A stretch of 64,000 bases of DNA, from NCBI GenBank assembly GCA_036172245.1, contig JAYWIR010000002.1:3348001-3412000 (forward strand). Reading direction: 5' to 3'. How positions within the stretch are numbered: position 1 is the stretch's first letter; each line of letters starts with the position of its first letter. Below the pieces are notes generated by a model. That model was not told the DNA's origin, ran no database searches, and worked only from the letters and a program-made list of their open reading frames with translations. The position numbers and the translations under genes were made by a program. The stretch comes from Raillietiella orientalis (lineage: Eukaryota). Positions 14,470 to 26,200 of this stretch are shown one piece after another.

Positions 14470-14955
14470 CCTTACGGGAGGCTCACAAAGCTCTTTGGCG
14501 CTGTCCGCGCCACCAGAGGGTGCGTGTCGCCCTGGTTGTTTTCGAAAGGAACCTCGAAGGGAACCTCCTCTTCCTGATTCTCTCCGGAGGGTTTCCCAAA
14601 GGGGGGCACTCCTTGTTACTTCTCCGAAGGGAACCAAGAAAGAAATTGTTCCCTATTTCCTATTCTGAAGGAACCCGGAAGTGAACTTACAGATTTCTGT
14701 GAAGAACCACCCTCCGAAGGGAGCCGCGCCCTTCTTGCACTCTCAAGAGGCATCAGCCTACTCAATGAAACGCTAATGAGGATCCTTCCCAGAGGGTGGG
14801 AACGGCTCCCTTTTCACAACCGGCGAATGGAATCGGCTCTTAGATTCCTGAAAGGACTCCAGAGGGTCGATGTTTCATCCCGGCCAGTCGACAGGGGCAT
14901 CCGGCTTCCTCCGGTGCCACATCCGAAGCCTACAGGTCAACCAGCGCCATCCTGC
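14470..14955 (-). mobile_element. SINE-like host element copy (head missing, empty LINE target site at 14910-14921)
   Basis: Homologous to 14956-15570, 21780-23001 and 37023-38095; shares ccggtgccacatccgaagcc...aaccagcgccatc and the gaaggg-rich subrepeats. Confidence 0.7.
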
Positions 14956-15570
14956 GGTGGGGGTGGGTCGCGGGTTTCGAGCTCTTCCCGCGAGATGACG
15001 CTGGTCGGCCTCCATTCATTCGGGTGCGGAACCGGTAGCGGTTTAAACCGGATGGCCCCGATGAGGGACGGGACAATGAGTCCTTCCAGGAATCAAGGAG
15101 TAAATGTTCCCGCCCGGTTACGAAGAAGCGGACTCCCTCCTTAGGAGGTTATCTTCCGTCTCGTACCATGGAGCTGGTGGATGGACGATGCCTGTCCAGA
15201 GTGCAAAGAAGCGTGTCGCTCCCTTCGGGGAAACTGCGTCCTTCTGAATTTCGGAAGCGTTCCTTCTGGGTTCTCTTCAAAGGAGTAAACAGGAGTAGTG
15301 CGCTTGCGGGTTCCCTTCGGAGAAGAACAAATAGAGCCGAACCCTTCGGGGGTCGCTCCGGAGAGAATAAGAAAGGCGATCCCTTCGGGGTTCCCCTTCG
15401 GAGACAACCAGGGTGGAAGGTTTCCTTCGGGGATCCCTCCCCAGGAGTGAGAGGAACGGACTCCCTTCCCCAGAGTTCTTCCTGGATTCAAAGGGTGGTT
15501 CCCTTTTGGGTACCCCCTATCTTGAAGAGCTGCACCCTCGGATGGCGTGGGACAGCGTGAAAGAGCTGCG
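14956..15570 (+). mobile_element. SINE-like host element copy with ~39-40 bp subrepeat array (empty target site 15025-15036)
   Basis: Collinear with 37023-38095 (gatgacgctggt, cgtaccatggagctggtggatgga, ggagtaaa, ccccctatcttgaagag, aagagctg). Confidence 0.75.
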
Positions 15571-15629
15571 GAAGCCGCCAGACGCGCGTCGGTTCTGCCA
15601 TGTGCAGATTTAGTGCAGATATACACTGG

Positions 15630-16309
15630 AAGAACAACCTCCCTCTGAAGTGGCAGGGGTAGGCACTTCTACTGCTGCACTAGGGTCTCCTGTTTAACTC
15701 CCGCCGCTCTCACTGGACCAGGGGGGCTATGGACTCCATGGCGCAGGTTCGAAGAACGGGAATCCTTGCTACACTTACTTGCAGACTGCGTTGCCCTCCA
15801 GCCCCTGTGGTTGCGTTACGCAACGGCCCTTGGTGCACCAACCGTCAATCCCAGGGACGCCTTTTCGTGCGCCATGCCCTTTAGTCTACCGCATCCCCAG
15901 CAGCTCTTTGCTGCTGTCTACGTGGGATTGTGGAGGCCTGGAGCTACGCGAGAGGAGGACGGCGCAACAGGAACGCCATCTGCTTCTCCCTGCGCTTCCT
16001 GCGCACGGCAGCAAGATGGCCCCACCTGGAACACATACTCGAATGGAACTTGTCGGCATCCTGGAAAGGATGCAGAGAACGCTTCCCAGCTCCCGGTGGT
16101 CCCTTCCCGTGCCCCCTAGAGTTCTTTTTGTTATTGATTTTTCTTTTTGTTTGCCTTCTTCCCCTCCGCTGCCGAAGCGATCCTTGACCGCCTGCGTGCT
16201 GGTTACTCGGCAGGTTCCGAGCATTTTCGGACAACGTAAGGCCGATGGCCCTACACATGTATGTTTATTATTTTCTATAATAAACGCCCCGGCGTGACCG
16301 GGTGATAAA
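15630..16309 (+). mobile_element. 5'-truncated Tx1/L1-like LINE 3' end (zf-RVT + 3'UTR)
   Basis: RESLLHLLADCVALQPLW; pyrimidine-rich 3'UTR; AATAAA followed by a terminal stem-loop at 16279-16304; near-identical to 32911-33443 (rc). Confidence 0.8.
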
Positions 16310-16929
16310 TCACGTGCTGATTTATTAAATGACTGAGAGGATTTTCACCCCGATCTCTCCTCGTTCTGCAGCTTCCCGGATTGCTTCAGTCACTGCAAAA
16401 TCAAGGGGTCCAATCGCTCCAAGACGGGAATCGCTGTCATGGAGACCTGCTTCGACTCAGAGGAAGACGCAGCCGTCGTTATGGACAAATCATGATGATG
16501 AGCGATTTCTCCCAGATCCTTTGCGAAGAGATTCAGAGTGGACCGAACTTTGTGGCACGCTTGTCTGGTAGTTTTCATCCGAAGGACCACCATGCAGTTT
16601 TCCCAACACTGTTTCTTTGAGAGCCCATTGCCATTTGGAAACGCACCGCTGCGGCTCAAGAAGACGTCGCTCTCAGATGGATGCCCAGAGAAGCAACCAA
16701 TCGTGCCACACCCCACTGTTGTGGAACAGACGGGAAAAACTCTCCTGCGCTCCTGCTATCTCGTCTGTTTAGGCTTCGCGGAGAAGATGCTGCTGAGCGA
16801 CCCCTTCGGGTGAAACACGAACTAGCCCCCCTTAGGGCATGCTCGAGCTTTTCCTCTTTCGATCCCTTCATCTCTGATTCTTTCCGACTCCCCGTGCTTC
16901 GCTGCGGTTTCCACCAAAGCCCTCCTGAG

Positions 16930-17040
16930 AAATTTTGGGAGCGTCCCTTCGTGGTTCTCTTCATAGGAGTAAACAGGAGCGGTTCCTCTGCGGGCTCCCT
17001 TCGGAGAAACTTCTAATGAACGGATCCTTTCCGAGGGGAA
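16930..17040 (+). repeat. partial copy of SINE-like subrepeat array
   Basis: ggagtaaacaggag...gcgggctcccttcggaga matches 15282-15322. Confidence 0.65.
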
Positions 17041-17049
17041 GTTCTACGC

Positions 17050-17450
17050 CATCAAAGCGCATTCATAGTGCCATCGGAAGGGCACGACTCAAGGAAGGCA
17101 TCTCTAGACGCGCTATTTACCTGCAGAGCAAAGGGCGGGAGCGATGGTTGGCTTCCAGCACGCGCGTCGTCCTTCTCTTTTTCGCGTCCGTTTTTCTTTC
17201 TGAACACGGGAATGCCGCGAGCAAAGCGCAGCAGACACACCGAGGTCGGCTGCGGATGCGACTGGTTCCGCAAGCAAACATCTCCATTTGGCTCAGCGAG
17301 CAGGTCCAGACTACTCCCGTGTTTCTACAGCATTGGCTGCTATCCGAGGGAAAACAGCGCGCCATGTGTCATCGCGTTTACGGTACGGGACGTGGGTGGT
17401 TGAGCTCCTTCCGGTCCTCCGAGACGATGCCGCCTCTTGGCTAACAGCCG
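17050..17450 (+). mobile_element. LINE ORF2 post-RT fragment
   Basis: GISRRAIYLQSKG resembles the V/ISR..LY.P..GG motif downstream of RT. Confidence 0.3.
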
Positions 17451-18559
17451 ACCCCTGGTTCGGCTCTGGCGCCAAACGCTGCGGCGCAGATCTCTGTTGA
17501 ACGCCCCCACCCTGATGCGGCAAAAAGGAAAGGAGGCCCTGAGTGGAGAAACTCGCAAGTCTTGCCCCATGTGATAAACGAAACGTTCGCAGTCGTCGAC
17601 GCGTCTTCTGGCACGGATCCAGACGTCCCTCGAAGGAAGGGCTCTCCACCTCTTGACTGCACGTCTACTTCCGCCCCGTTTCAAGCAGAAACAGCTGCCT
17701 GCTCCAGCCGTCAGTTTTCTTCGATGCGCGGAGAACTCCGGGACCTTGCGGTTCATAAGCTGGTGGGAGGCCCTCCGGTCTGCCCTCCGGTCTGCCCTCG
17801 GGCCTGCTCTCGCAACTGCCACTGCCGGTTTCCTAGGAGCCAAGGAACAAAAAAAGAGAGGTCCCGCGAGTTTCACTCACGAGCTGCCTCCGGGAGTGAG
17901 CAAAGATGCCGCTTCTGTTTGAGGACCCAATCTCGAGTGACGACAGCGAAGCGGTTGCGAGGCGAGCAAACTCTCGGACGTAAGAAGACTGTCGAGAGAG
18001 AAATTCGTGCAGACAAAAGGAAAATGAAACTCTTCGGGAGTGGTCCCTCGACATTGCGTCACTCGAAGTGCCCTTGCAGAGACCACAAGTTCCCTCCTCA
18101 CCTACCTATGGTGCAGTTTCCTTCCATGGACCCCGTGACTGAGAAGCCGACCCAACTCGTCGAGAAGCGGAGTCCTCAACGCGACTGTTCTAAAGAGGAA
18201 TCCGGATATGCGATATATGCGATCTTTCTTGAGAGCATAAAAACAAACAAACAAACATTCGTATTTATCAGCAATGATTAATCTATCGACGTTGTTTTTT
18301 TTTTTAATCTTTTTAACCCTTTTTTATGCTGTAATTAGAGTTGTCCATCAGAAGATCTGAAGACATCCAGAGAGAAGGAGCCGAAGGAGATTTCTTGACA
18401 GATGCAAACTTATTTAAGGTTCAAACGTTAATCGAAATTCGTGTCAGTGCTGTTCCTGCTACCCGAAAAGAATCACGCAATACGGACAGGATTGCCATTG
18501 TCTGAAACATTCTCCTAACTCCCTAGTGGAGTCAACCCCGTAGAGAGTAGTAGACTTCG

Positions 18560-19300
18560 CTTCATAGTTGCAAAACAAAGGATCTACTATGAAGTAGTAG
18601 ATTCTTTGTTATGCTACCAACAAGCGGAGGAGCAGTAGATCTTTTACATCCCACCTTGCAAATGAGCTCATCTCCAAGGAAACAGCCTTCTTTGTGAAAA
18701 CGCCAATGTGGCTGCAGAGAGTTCCCAGCACTCAAAACCTGGAAACTGACAGATGTGTCCCCTTGCTCGAGAACAAGTAATGAAGGACGACACACAGATT
18801 GATTGTGGGGCTTTAACTTGCCATAAGTGCTGTCTGTGCAGAACAGAAATGTCTGGGTAGTCCAAGGTGTAAACCCAGCATTTAGCACCTTCCACGTATA
18901 TTGGGAAGATGCCCCTGGTTCTTTGCATCATCGTTAATTCATCATTGGTAACTTCGAGATAGGATCACATGTGTTCATGGTAAGGGGCCATGTACCGTTC
19001 AAGTGTCCATTTTCTAAACTTTCATTCCGTGCATCTTCCTTATGCGTTCCTTGTGTTTTTTTGATACCTTCAAGGAAAAATCTGCTTTATTATCTAGATT
19101 TTTCCAATGCTTGAAGGGATTTGATCCCTTAAAAGAACTTCCTAAAGCAGAATGAATCCTCCTGAGGACATTACGAGTCACATTTCTTTCAAACTGATGG
19201 ACCAACTCAGTCACATGAGTGGAGGAAACATTCTGACGCAGGTTCCTGATCACCATAATATATGGGAGAATATGCACCCTCTTTGCCATAATTGCTGTAT
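18560..19300 (-). mobile_element. decayed ORF1-like sequence
   Basis: VIRNLRQNVSSTHV, GIFPIYVEGAKCWVYTLDYP and degenerate Cys/His knuckle remnants. Confidence 0.3.
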
Positions 19301-20799
19301 TTGTCCTCGAATAAATTCAAAATGGTGAAGTCTCCGTTGTCTTCCGTCATTTCCATTTTCAAACCTTGGAGTCGCTTGCTGGTAGACATGCGTGTACAGC
19401 ACGCACACCTGGACATTCAATTCTGAAATGACCGTTCAAAAGAGCAAAGCTCGGTGAGAAAGGTGAATGGGAAGAGGGATAGAAAATGCACTCAGTAACG
19501 ATTCGCTGTACCGCTTCTAGCTCTGCCAAGATATGAAGTGGGCAATGCTGGGGTATATTGCCCATTTGAAGGAGAAGAAAAAAAACTGAGTTGGATTTCC
19601 GATATAGTTCATTTTGTGTGTATTTATTGATTGTTTGTATGTATGTACCGATGCGTTATCGCAAGGCGTGACCTCAACTCTTGGTGCATTGAAATTCCAT
19701 TGCGTGATGGTGGATCTGCGCTCTTCAGCACAAAGTGTTCCGAGAAAAGATCGTCGTACAGAAGTGTCTCATGATTTGACTGCGAGCTAAAGTCCAGTCG
19801 GTCGAGGTTTTTACTGCAGTTTTGTTAGGGTGATCCCGTTTTTGGTGGGAAACATCAGGAAAAGGAGGAGGTGGCTCCAGTCATCACGTGAGTGCAACAA
19901 CTGGAGGGACTTTTTCTTTCGGATCCAAGGGGTGCGAAACTTGAACCAAGAAAAATTGGTTTCTCGCTGTTCGTTCATTCCTGGTGCCCATTTTTCAAGA
20001 AGCGAAATCTGCCGTTCTGCAATCCGTCGCTGATGCCTCTTGAGCGCCGTGGCTCTGTCGCGAGTCTGCAGCCGAAATTTCCGTCCTACAAGCAGGTCCT
20101 CCGCTCTCGGTCGGAACGGTGATTTGTGAATCTTTCACACCTGCGCTTTCAAGTGCAGCCAGTGACCTCGGGGCAGAGCGGGGATTCAAAAAACGACGAC
20201 CCGAAATCCCACCATTCTGGGGGACTAGCAGCAGACGCGAAGTTGATTTTGTCCGGTTTTCCTCACAAACCACGTCGGAGGAGATTTCAGAGGACCTCCA
20301 AGCCTCTTTGTCGCCGTCGAGCAGGCGTTTGGCCTCGAAGGCACGCACGGAGGCAAACAGAACGCATCAAATTCTGCAAAGAGAGCGCTCTTTGTCAGCT
20401 CAAATGTGGAGAAGCCGGTTGACAGAATTTGGCGTTAGAAAGTGAAAAAGAAGCAGTGAATGCTCCCTTTTCAATTGCTTCCATGGCAACGGTAAGTTCC
20501 TGCGATCAAATGCCATCGGTGAAGTTCCTTTTCAGCCACATCAGCTTGATGGATTTTGCGTTAGACGGTCGCAAAATGTCCACATTCGCGGTGGAACCTT
20601 CGCTCCAAACCATGACGTAAAACTGACCAAAGGCTCTCAGGAATGATAGGTACGTTGAATCTGAACCAACGAAGAACTTTGTTTGCGAATTGCCTACCTC
20701 AAAGAAGCGGCAGTAGGGAAGAGTTCCTGATTACGAGTGGCCAGCAAGAATGGGATCCATGGGCTGAGGAAAACCTGACCAGTCACTCATTACGCACCC

Positions 20800-21480
20800 C
20801 ATGGGGTCTTGATTGAAGGAGGAAAAGGATACCAAGGGTTGGTCTCACCATACGCTCGGGGCGCATGAAGCTTTCGGCCTCCTTGAGTTGCCTTGGAGGA
20901 ACGAGAGAAACTGAGACGGAGTTGTGAACCCATGCTCCAGCAATCCGCCGTGCAGCATGCATGCTGCAGGTGCTCTTCGAATGGATGCTGAATCCGTCCG
21001 TTTCTCTGTTACGCTCTCCATGCATGCACATGGCTGAGACGCCTTCCGGCAGTTGCGGAAGAGGCTTGTCGGGAGTCTCCTTCCACTCTTGCTCTAATTT
21101 CCTCACCGAGGCAGATTCCTGTCTGTGGTATCAGTGATCTTTTCCTAGAATTTCGACCCATGTAAGTGAAATCGAAAACTTCCAGGGCTTCCGCGCCTCA
21201 CAGGTCGAGGCTTTGAGGCGGATGCTCGAACGCGCCGCCACGCACCACGCAAGCAGTAAATCAGGGGTTCGGCGCTGCAGCAGGGGCGAGCTGCTAGAAA
21301 ATCGCCTTCGACACGGTCTGCAGCCCTGGCAATGCTCCTTCGCGCACTTTGCCACCATCTGAGTTTCGGCGGAGAGAAGCATTTCCGTGATACCGCGCGC
21401 CCTCTCCCGTTTTCTCTTGCCCTTGGTCCATGCCCTCGCTCCTGCCCTTGATCTTCACCCCGTCATCCAAAATCAAAATG
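20800..21480 (-). mobile_element. RTE-like RT C-terminal remnant
   Basis: GVKIKGR...ARY (cf. LRYADD), EALEVFDFTYMG (cf. EVVD.F.YLG), GEEIRARV (cf. EI..RI). Confidence 0.45.
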
Positions 21481-22082
21481 GAGTTGGAGAGCAGGAGGCT
21501 TGGTGACCCTCTAGCAGCTGCGCGTCATGGTGAGGGCAATGAATGTTTCCTTCGGCACTCGAAGATTCCCAGAGTAGCCTCTGAAAACAAAGCAAGCTTT
21601 CGGACGTTCACAGGTCGTCGAAGATTCGGGAAGAGGTCACTCCGCTTCGGAAGGGAACTTAGTTCAGCACTTGACACTGTTTTGAAAGCAACAGGAAACT
21701 GTTCCGTCTTCGAATTGGCAGCTCTTCTCTGCCTTCCTTTACGGGATGACGTCTCCAGTCAAAAAGCTTCTTGTTGGTGCCCCTCTGAAGAGGAGGATCC
21801 TGAAGGGATGCTTCCCATGTTCTTTGAAAGGCGCTCCCCGAAGGAAGCAGCGCGCTTCTTGACACTCTGAAGAGGCACCCCCGAGGGGGGTTTCGACCAG
21901 TTCTATGGTACGCGATGTAGGGTCTCCCTCAGAGGCGTGGAAAAGTGGCTCTCTTTTTCTAACCAGAGGGAAACCCCGAAGGGCTCTTTGATGTCCTGGA
22001 AGGATTCCGGAAGGTCAGCTTCCAATCCCGGAGGCTAGTCAACCGGAGCATATGCAGGTTTCCGGCTTCCACCAGTGCCGCA

Positions 22083-22827
22083 GCAGTGCTCTGGAGAAGG
22101 AGAAGTGGCCCCCAGCGTGCTAGAACAGTGCAATCCTCCCCCTAAATTGGCAGGAGTCGGCGTTCCTGCTGGGCCTCCGTGCAATACCCCCTGAGCATCC
22201 TTGGACACAGGTGTTTGCGGATCCAAACTGTGCAAGCTGTGGGGAGCGGGAATCCCTCCTGCACCTCCTAGCAGACTGTGTTGCCCTCCGGCACCTTTGG
22301 GGGCGCTTTGCTTCGACCCTTGGAACCCCCAGCGGCAACGCCAGAGGTGTTCTTAAGCGGCTCTTCCTGGGAGACGCCCTCGCGCCGGCCCCATCCCTAG
22401 CAGCACTGTGCTGCTCACGGGGTGAGACCGTGGCTGCATGGAGCAACGCCAGAGGAGGCCAGAACAACAGGGAAGCCATCTACTTTGCTGCCCTCTTCAT
22501 GAAGACAGCGTCAAGATGGCCCCATATGGGAACCATAAAACAGGAACTTGCAGGCATCCTTACAAGGTTGCAGTGGACACCCTCCAACACACATGATCCC
22601 TTCCCGAACCTCCCCCCTTCCTTTTTTTGAGTGCATTTGTTTTGTTTTATTTTTTTTCTTTTTGCTTGTCTCCCCTTCCCCTGTGCTGTTGAGGCGACCC
22701 CGCCGGCCCGCGTGCCAGTTCCCGGCAGGTATCTTCTCGTAGTTATAAGTAATGTGGTAGGATCAAGTGCCTTGCCACAGACACGTGTTTATTTTATAAG
22801 CAAGCGCCCTGGCGTGACCGGGTGTCA
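22083..22827 (+). mobile_element. 5'-truncated Tx1-like LINE with TSD
   Basis: LPLNWQESAFLLGLRAIPL...DPNCASCGERESLLHLLADC (zf-RVT), then 3'UTR and stem-loop 22805-22824. Flanked by accagtgccgca (22071-22082) and accagtgccgta (22828-22839). Confidence 0.85.
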
Positions 22828-22920
22828 ACCAGTGCCGTATCCGAAGAGGCCAACCAGCATCATCTTGAGGGGGTAACTCGAAACCCTCACGACGCACCCC
22901 CCATCTCTCGGCGTCGATCC

Positions 22921-23001
22921 TTCCCCGGGCGGGATTCGAACCCGCGACGCTTCGTACCGCGCGCGGACACCGCTGTAGCCACACGGTCGCCAACGCGGAC
23001 C
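22921..23001 (-). promoter_or_regulatory. tRNA-derived Pol III type-2 promoter (SINE head)
   Basis: Perfect T-arm/B-box GCGGG-TTCGAAT-CCCGC (22945-22929) and an A-box-like TGGCGACCGTGTGG upstream; acceptor and anticodon arms are degenerate. Confidence 0.7.
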
Positions 23002-23029
23002 ACGTGAAGTCCGTCAGACATCCGATGTG

Positions 23030-23290
23030 CCCTCATCCGAGCTTTGTGAGGAGCTGCGACGCTTGGAAAGAGGTCTCACTCCTGCAAACGCTGTCCCCGA
23101 AGATCGTTGCGTCGATGGCGGTTCCCTGAGTCCCGGACTTCTTCGAAAACGGTGGGAGGTTTCCACAGCAACTGGATTTGGTAATGATTTCGGTGAAACA
23201 AATGGAGCTCGCATAGATCAGGTCACGGTCAGGGATGTCAGAAAGGTGAGCAGGGATACAAAGAAGCTGCGGTTCTCTCATCCGACCATG
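23030..23290 (-). mobile_element. endonuclease (EEP/APE) N-terminal fragment
   Basis: AHLSDIPDRDLIYASSICFTE resembles the AH..DI..D......I.C.TE(T) EEP motif. Confidence 0.3.
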
Positions 23291-26200
23291 GAAGGGTGGT
23301 CTGGCGACGATTCAATTGGCGCCGCCGCGAGTCGGCTGCAGAGTCACCTTTCGCGAGAAGACGCGAAAGAAACTGGATGAACGAGCGCGTTTCTTCTGTG
23401 GAGAACGTCGGCCTCCGCGGTTATGGCCGTGGTCCCGAATGGAGAGGCGTTTTGCGTGGATCCAGAAAAAAAAATCGGGATCGAAATTGGGTTTGACCTT
23501 TCTGGCAAACGGTGCCTCGGGATCCTGGACTCGCGCTTCTTAAAGAAACGCACATTTCATTTTATGGATATCCCCAATGTTTACATTAATGGATATACAG
23601 TATATTAGTGGATATACAACACCATGCAATGGTACATTGCGCTTGCAAGATCTACAAAGGCAATTCCGAAATCCTCAGCTCGATGTCTTGCTGTGTCGAT
23701 CCTTGTCTGCAAAGCAAAATTCTGATCCGGCAGCATCTCGTCAAAAGGAAAAAAAAACCTTCTGTCGGGGGCAGATAATCCCATTATCTAACATTCACTC
23801 TCTGAGTCTTGCAGACAAGAAGCGTTTGGCATATAAGCGATAGATGCTGTTTCCAAATGATATTGGTCTCCAATCTTTGATTTTCGTTGAGATTTCCTGT
23901 GTTCTTGGTAATGGTATAGTCTAGAACTTTCCCATTGGTGAAGACCTTTTTTTTTTCCTGTCGGCACGTTGAAAATAGGTGTAATCAATCGTGCCTCTGG
24001 GTCCACCATGCTCCATCCTGCATACGTTATTCCGTGCTCTCATGGAAATGAATTTTCTGCAACTCTCGGGATCCTGGAGATTTCCCCACCTCTAGCCACA
24101 TTTCAAAGTGTCCTACTTGCTCCACTTCAACAGGACATGTACGTTCGTTTTGTCCTATGACCGCTCTTGTCGCCCTCCTCCTATTTATCCTATAAAGCTT
24201 CTCTATTTAGGATCTGTTTGATGAATCTATTCTAACTTTCCTCACATATGGCTTGTTTGTGTGAGCATTTAAGGCACTTTGTATCTTCAGCACCAGCGCC
24301 TCACATTCTCTTTCCGATGTTACCCGACCCGCTTTTGCTCCTCGCGAGAGAGCTTGAAATTCTCGTTGATCCTCTTCAAGCAGTTTGGCATGATTTCTAA
24401 TTTTCCTGCTTTCCCTCCATTATTTCTTCCTGATTGGTCATTTTCACCTCACTTTTTTGGGTTTGATGTTGCATCGGTTGAATCTGTGAGCCGTTGCCAT
24501 CTTTAGATATTACCAATAATTGACGTGTCTGTTCCAAACACTATCTTCTGGCGGCAAGTATCGTGTTCGCCAAAATTTGATCCTGTTCAATATTTGATCC
24601 ATCATCTTCCCTGCCTGTTGTTTCTTCTTCAATTGATGCGCCCTCGGCTGCACTCGGATCATCAAAAATCCCGACTTCATTCACTTCTTCCAGTGGGGGC
24701 ATTTTTAACCCTGTCTCTTTTACTTCAATTACTGGAGATTCATCCGTCGTTTCTTCTTCTTCTTCTCCTAGCTCGACTTTCGCGCCTCTCAAGTCTGTTG
24801 AGGCCACTTGCCTCTCTGAGCGATCATGCCAAGATTTGGTGGTTGAAGAGACCTCTTCTTGTCGAAAAGACCATACCGCACTCTGGCTTGCTGCAGATGC
24901 ATCTCAAAGACACGTCCACCACTGTCGGGCATTCAGCAATTTCGACTGAATCCGAATGACTGCGCTTTACTTGCTAAGGAAAATTTCCATTGGATGAAAA
25001 AATTAGAACTTTCAAAAAAAAAAAACCCCAGAAAAAACTGAAAAATTAGTTCATAATTTTGAGTATTTGTATTTCATTTTAATATATATAAATTCATTTT
25101 TGATGCAATTTTTGACAATGGAATTTCATTTTTCCATTTTCTCTAATTAAGGCATGTTTCATTTTGTAAAGACTCGGTTTGGTTTTGTCAAAGACAAAGC
25201 ATGATACATGACGTAAATTTGCACCGACAAAATGCTTTCGTGGGGCTCCTGAACGGATGTCTTGCATTGCGGCTCTTCAGTGCATTCGCTCTCTGGGTAG
25301 CTCCAATAGGAAGATGTGAATCCTTTGAGATCGGTAAGCAGAAGTCAGACCTATTGCCGAAATGTAAACGTAGGAGAACCAGGAACGAGGTCTTAAGGAG
25401 TCGTCACATTCTGGTCGTACGGTTTCCGGGGCAGGCTAAGGTTGTCGAGAACACTGCGAACGAATGAAGACATTTTCGGGAAAGAGCTGAGCAAATTCCT
25501 TGATTTGGTGAATCTGGTCCTCGGAGTGGTACGGGATTTGGAGTCTGGACGTGACCCTTCGATGCCTGTCTTGAATTATTGAGAGGTAAAAAATCACTAT
25601 TGCATCCCACGGTCGCTACTAATGGGTAACCAGTTTTGGTCCTTGAAAATTCAGGAATAGAGGCAGAAGGACTATTTCCTTTGATCTGGTAAGACCACCA
25701 GGATCTGGTGGCTGTAACAAAAAACAGGAAAAAAAATCGGCACCACTAATGTCTTCGAATAGCATGCATCGGAATTGGATGAAGAATGGCACCAAAAAGC
25801 ACAGGGAAAAATTCTCCAATCCCCTGGTTTCAGCAGGTGCTACCAAAGCTACAACTACAGGGAAAAGTCACTGACAAAGCCCACCGGTTCAGGCGTCAGA
25901 TACTAATCGGCGGATGTGGAAGACAAGAAAGAAAAGCAACGTCCCCGACGGGGAGAAGGATCACGAAGCATATAGACTGAGTGGATGATGAAGGTGACTA
26001 GCAGAACTTTACATATCCCGCTAGCATCTCAGCTTCCGTTGCGTGCGGATGGATCGAGGACAGCAGTGCGAACTCTCTTGAACACCGTGGGGGAAGTGGA
26101 AGGTCGCAGTCCGCGTTTCGAAATCACAGAGCACCCATGGCGGGCAGCCCAACGATGGTGAGCGAGGGGAGTGGGCGACCTTGGATGATTTTGGCTACCT

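Larger units (their letters stand above)
21780..23001 (-). mobile_element. tRNA-headed SINE-like element interrupted by a LINE
   Basis: tRNA-like head at 23001-22921; body homologous to 37023-37114 and 14956-15036; resumes at 22082-21780 with the subrepeat region; 12-bp duplication flanks the insert. Confidence 0.7.

Noticed and set aside
15260-15520. CRISPR-like array
   Set aside because: The repeats are degenerate, the period is only ~39-40 bp, the array recurs in dispersed copies, the context is eukaryotic and there are no cas genes.
15141-15626. ORF with 13-aa G.PEG repeats as part of LINE ORF2
   Set aside because: The TSD at 22071/22828 and the empty sites show this region belongs to the host SINE-like element, and the frame is not preserved in sibling copies.
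22921-23001. Functional tRNA gene
   Set aside because: Only the T-arm is intact. The acceptor and anticodon stems do not pair, and the sequence runs into a dispersed repeat body, so I treat it as a SINE head.
24541-24807. Acidic ORF as a host exon
   Set aside because: The flanking frames are full of stops and I found no convincing splice partners; more likely decayed TE ORF1 sequence.
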